Positions 59,853-64,000 of a stretch of 64,000 nt of DNA are shown piece after piece; position 1 is the first letter of the stretch, and each line of letters opens with the position of its first letter. Origin of the DNA: Microthyrium microscopicum (Eukaryota); the NCBI GenBank assembly GCA_010405405.1, contig MU004231.1, positions 2,784,401 to 2,848,400 on the forward strand, in the 5' to 3' direction. The notes under the pieces were generated by a model that was given only the letters and a program-made list of their open reading frames with translations, was not told the origin of the DNA and did no database searches. The translations under genes were made by a program, and so were the position numbers.

Positions 59853-61835
59853 TCATATATATTTTTCGTCTCTCCTCGCAGCGGATGTAAAGTCACTTAG
59901 GCCAATGCCCAGTACATTCGGTGACACTTCTCCATATCTGACATCGACCTTGCCTAAGAACTTGACAAGCTCGTGACCAGATAAATTCGAAGCGTATTGT
60001 CGAGGCTGATCTGGTTGCTCCTTGACATCAAGTAGGCTATATGGAACCAAAGCGTCCGTTTCGGGATCCTTGATCGTAGAGTAATGGAGGGCCTTCGCTA
60101 TTTCAAGCGGCGACATGCTGACTTCTCTACCAAGACGCCAATATCCCCAGTATAGAGGAAGCATCAAGAGCAGAGCGAGAAACATCAAGCCAATACCAGC
60201 GCCCAGTACTGTTTTGTCGGTAGTGTAGACGATCTGCGTTCTCTGAATTCTTCCAGGTGCGGTGATATTTGAAACTGGGCGGTTGTTGGTGGGAACAGCA
60301 TTCAGTCTCGTTTCTGCACTGTCGACAGTATCATTTCTCCATATCCAGTCTGTTACATTGTTTTGTGCAACGACCATAGAGGTACGAAACATCATATCTC
60401 GAATGTTGCTCATCAACTGATCCATAGGGGAGGCAAAGGTGTTGGTAAACACCTTTTCATTATCTGTTCCGGCTGGAAATTGAGCATATGGAGCCACGAA
60501 TGCACCTTGAACGGTCAGAATAGCGCCTTTTGGGTTGGTAGGATCTTGTTTTGCCGACACGCTTGAGCCAAATATGCTTTGGAATGCCAACGCAATCCCA
60601 CCCATTGTACTGTAAGTACCTAATCCAAATTCGAACTCAGCTCCGAAATTTGTCGTATTCTGGTCATACTCCAATAAGGGCAGAAGTTTGGTGACTTTAT
60701 CGGTCAGCAGAGTACTGGTCTGATCAGCCGTCGAGTTAGAGGTCCAATTCACAGCGGACCTTGGAGGCTGCAAGATGACCTTTTGTGCTGTCACATTGAC
60801 AGAATACTCTACAAGAGCCGGAGTCAATGAACAATTTCGTACAGTAAGCACTGATCCACTGCTGTTTATTGAGTCTTTCCATGCTGTATTTAGGTTGATT
60901 TTCCAACCGCCGGACGCAGGCACTGTTCCTCTCTCTCTGGTCGCAGCTTCTAGGTCAAAGTAAACCTCAAACAAAGTGTTGCGGCTAGTACCGTTCGAAG
61001 GTTGCGTTGTTAGTCGCGATGCCGTACAGTCGTATTGAAATCCTAGACCTTGAACATTAAAACCACAGGATTCGGAAGCTGTTGATGAGCATCCGTCCAC
61101 CTCCATAGCAATCGGGGATTGAGCAGTATAGTTCTGGAGAACCTGAAGGAACGTTGGCGTGAAATAAGCAGTGTCGAGGGTGCCATGGTGTTCTGAGGCA
61201 AGTATGCCTGAGAGTCCGGCCGGAAATGCGTTCGGAATCGTGGTGTTGAATTGAGCTTGATACGAAAGGATTACGGAAGTTGTGCTGCTTGCAGTTTGTA
61301 TCAAAGCCTCTAATCCAACAAAAGTCATAAAGGCAATGCCAGCAATGGAGAACCATCCTTGAAATCGGAGTCTGTGGAGCATCTTCAGAGGGGAGACACC
61401 AACTTCCCATTGGAAATGAAGTCGATCAAGTTTTTGGCCTTGCATCGCACTGGACCACCACGATAACGATGTAGCTTCGCCATACATGATGGCGAGGGTT
61501 TGCCCCATTATGAAAGTCAGTATCGAAATCAATGTGCTGACTCCAATTGTTCCAGATTTCTGCGAGAATTTTGTTGCTGGTATTCCCCAGGTGTCCACAC
61601 TTTTCCCATCCGAGTTTAGAAGAACAGCAACTAGTCCAGCCAGTGAAATCAAGATGATTATCAAGCAGAAAAAGCTCAAGAATGGAAATCGCAACCAAAA
61701 TCCACTCTTCCATCGTCTAGTAGGAAAGTTGTAGCCCTCCCTGTTATCAAAGTCATGTTTGTGTGAGCGGTGGACTTGGTGGTGTGGAGAGCAGTGGGTA
61801 AAAGATGAAGCATGGGATTGGTATGGGGATATCAT
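59853..61835 (-). CDS. Multi-pass membrane glycoprotein, DUF3176-like
   Basis: WKSGFWLRFPFL, N-terminal TMs with SDGKSVDTW and SWWSSAMQG; large N-glycosylation-rich loop; C-terminal TM followed by LYWGYWRLGREVSMSPLEIAKA and VRYGEV. Confidence 0.8.
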   Translation of the reverse strand: MISPYQSHASSFTHCSPHHQVHRSHKHDFDNREGYNFPTRRWKSGFWLRFPFLSFFCLIIILISLAGLVAVLLNSDGKSVDTWGIPATKFSQKSGTIGVSTLISILTFIMGQTLAIMYGEATSLSWWSSAMQGQKLDRLHFQWEVGVSPLKMLHRLRFQGWFSIAGIAFMTFVGLEALIQTASSTTSVILSYQAQFNTTIPNAFPAGLSGILASEHHGTLDTAYFTPTFLQVLQNYTAQSPIAMEVDGCSSTASESCGFNVQGLGFQYDCTASRLTTQPSNGTSRNTLFEVYFDLEAATRERGTVPASGGWKINLNTAWKDSINSSGSVLTVRNCSLTPALVEYSVNVTAQKVILQPPRSAVNWTSNSTADQTSTLLTDKVTKLLPLLEYDQNTTNFGAEFEFGLGTYSTMGGIALAFQSIFGSSVSAKQDPTNPKGAILTVQGAFVAPYAQFPAGTDNEKVFTNTFASPMDQLMSNIRDMMFRTSMVVAQNNVTDWIWRNDTVDSAETRLNAVPTNNRPVSNITAPGRIQRTQIVYTTDKTVLGAGIGLMFLALLLMLPLYWGYWRLGREVSMSPLEIAKALHYSTIKDPETDALVPYSLLDVKEQPDQPRQYASNLSGHELVKFLGKVDVRYGEVSPNVLGIGLSDFTSAARRDEKYI

Positions 61836-62439
61836 CGCAGATTGTTGGGCTTTCGTGGAAGGAATGTAAAGATGAGAAGCACGGCAGGATCAAGTTACTT
61901 GTATGAATACCTTCCTACTCATTGTACCCGCTTGTAAGAGATCTTGAAGTCTGCCGCCTGCGTAACACCAGATGGCGGTAATCAGTTGGCTAACAACCAC
62001 TAATATGTACGACGCATGGTGTACTTGTGGTATTGTAGGATCCTAACCAAACTCAAGACTGTGCATTGCGGCACAGCTCATGCCAATCCATTGGCTGAAG
62101 CGGCTGAAACCTCATACAGGTCTGGATGCTTGATTTAGATTTTGCTTTGGTACGTACTTGTATATATAATATGCTGCCTTCAAGAACAGCGCTCAATAAT
62201 GAGAATGTATGTTAGCAAAACTAAGAGTACTTTTTGAATGGAAACTTAACGACAATAAAAGAAAATTCTTACGGCGTTGGTAGTGGATGGGCCGAAATCT
62301 CAAAATATAGGAACAATGTAAGGCAGGAAGCGAAGCGCCGGTGTATGCATGTTGGCGCTACACAGCCTGACTACAGTAATTACTGTGCCGTACAGAACTA
62401 GCTTCAGATGCTAACGTGGCATTATTGTAATGAAGAATA

Positions 62440-64000
62440 TGCTAAGGGATTAGATAATCGTAGGACCTAATTAGAGATAACATAATCCCCTAATTAGCGT
62501 GTCCTAAAAACTATATTAGGCCCTTAGACTTCTATAGTAATTAACTATGCTTTATTTCTTATATTCTTATAATATCTAATAGTAATAATTTAATTTAATT
62601 AAGACTTTTAGATAATAAACCTCTTATAGGAATCTCTAGATTTATCTTATTGTTAATAATTACTTAGGATTAATATCTAGTAAAATATACTCTAAGAATA
62701 TTATTCCTTAATTAGCTAGCCTTATTATAGCCTAATACTTAGTAACTATATATTAGAAAATAATTCTTAGAATTTATATATAATAATATTCCCTACTATA
62801 ATATATTTTAAAAATATCTTAAATTATTTTTAATTTAAACTACTACTTTAAGGATTATTAAATATATTATAAGAATTATCTCTTTTATAATAATATTCTC
62901 CTTATCTTTATTAACTTTTATTACGTTAATTATATAGCTATTAAATAAAATATAGAAACTTTTCCTTAGAAAATTCCTTAAGATAACGTTATAGAAACTT
63001 TACTATATAGATTAAAGCTAATAAGTAATAATATAAACTCTTAGCCTTAAGTTATCTTAGGAAATTAGATTAAGATCTTATCTATACTAAGAAAGTATAA
63101 AAATTTACCTTAGAATAATTTCTTAACTTTAAATTCTATTTAACTAACTTTAGTATAGAAACTTCTAAATCTTAAGACTCTTTTCTTACCTTACTAAGAT
63201 TATATTCTTTATTAAAACTATTACTTTCTCTTTATTAAAATAAATAACTAGTATAATAATATTATAACCTAAACTATAAGATAAGATACTTAGTAGGTAT
63301 AATACTAAGCCTAGGTTACTAACCTAAGTTCTTAAAATAAGTAACTTACTCCTATATTATTAAATAATCTTTTTAGTATACTAAATCTTAGTCCTAACCT
63401 TATAACTTAGATTACTAATATTTAGTAATTAGGGCCCTAAGCCTTAAACTATTCTACTAGTATATATTAAGTTAATCTCTAGACTATTAACTATTCTCTT
63501 ACTAAACTATAAACTCTCTCTTAGGCTTAGAATTATATTCTTAAGGAACCTAACTACGTTCCTTAGGCCTATAACTAAACTTTCTAACGTAATAATAATA
63601 AAAATTAGTAGTCTATAAATAGGTCTATTCTTTTCTAGAAAGCGTTATTTTACTCTACTACTAATAAGTAAATTAAATAAGATTATAGCTCTAAATCTAT
63701 AGAAAATATCTAATATACTTAGTAGTAAAAAATAGTAAATTATATTACTAAATTAACCTCTTATCTTAACGTAAGTAAGTTTACCCTATATACTTAAGAT
63801 TACTAAGTAAATAAAATTAAGGCTTATACTTAGACTTAGGCTTTAACCTAAAAAACTTTATAAATAGGTATTACTTACCTAGACTTTATAGGAAAGCTAA
63901 ATAAAGAGTTAAATAAGACTATTAAATTACTTTTTTAAACTTTTAGTCCCTAAAAACTTATTAAGATAATAAGGAACGTTCCTTAAGAATAAAGATAATA
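62440..64000. mobile_element. RIP-degenerated AT-rich repeat block of unidentified family, running off the right edge
   Basis: Abrupt switch to AT-rich, TpA-saturated, CpA/TpG-depleted DNA. One plus-strand frame from ~62950 looks like a RIPped Gln-rich ORF (gag-like?), but no diagnostic motif was found. Confidence 0.75.

Noticed and set aside
62440..64000. Telomere, or second half of the left Gypsy element
   Set aside because: No TTAGGG array and no visible match to the left block's putative LTR; family left unassigned.

Overview
Eukaryotic DNA from a filamentous ascomycete (Pezizomycotina; short GT-AG introns with CTRAY branch sites, plus RIP signatures). A ~57 kb gene-rich island (~5.7-62.4 kb) lies between two AT-rich, RIP-mutated blocks. 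The left block can be read through the mutations as a minus-strand Ty3/Gypsy retrotransposon (Gag CCHC knuckle, protease, RT, RNase H). The island holds one atypical intron-containing tRNA-like gene (anticodon CCC) and about 22 protein genes. Housekeeping genes include MGM101, an HVA22/REEP protein, TANGO2/NRDE, SNU71/RBM25, MRP21, a Rad4/XPC-family gene, ATX1, a UBA-ZnF-UBX gene, ALO1 and an RPN4-like C2H2 factor. Detoxification-type enzymes are an AKR7-like reductase, an arylamine N-acetyltransferase, a VOC/glyoxalase and an NmrA-like protein. Secreted proteins are an Egh16/GAS1-like effector and a PEBP. Accessory genes are a HET-domain gene flanked by a 17-bp minisatellite and a decayed same-strand ORF, a STAND-N/HeLo-like plus DUF8035-like fusion with no NTPase, an orphan with a 2x60-aa N/Q/S-rich repeat, an F-box gene and a DUF3176-like gene. 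All family calls come from recognising motifs by eye; no database searches were run. I cannot demonstrate a new system from sequence alone. The best leads are the cell-death/allorecognition-type genes without an NLR, an in-frame weak-branch intron in RPN4, hairpin-containing long introns and the odd tRNA.
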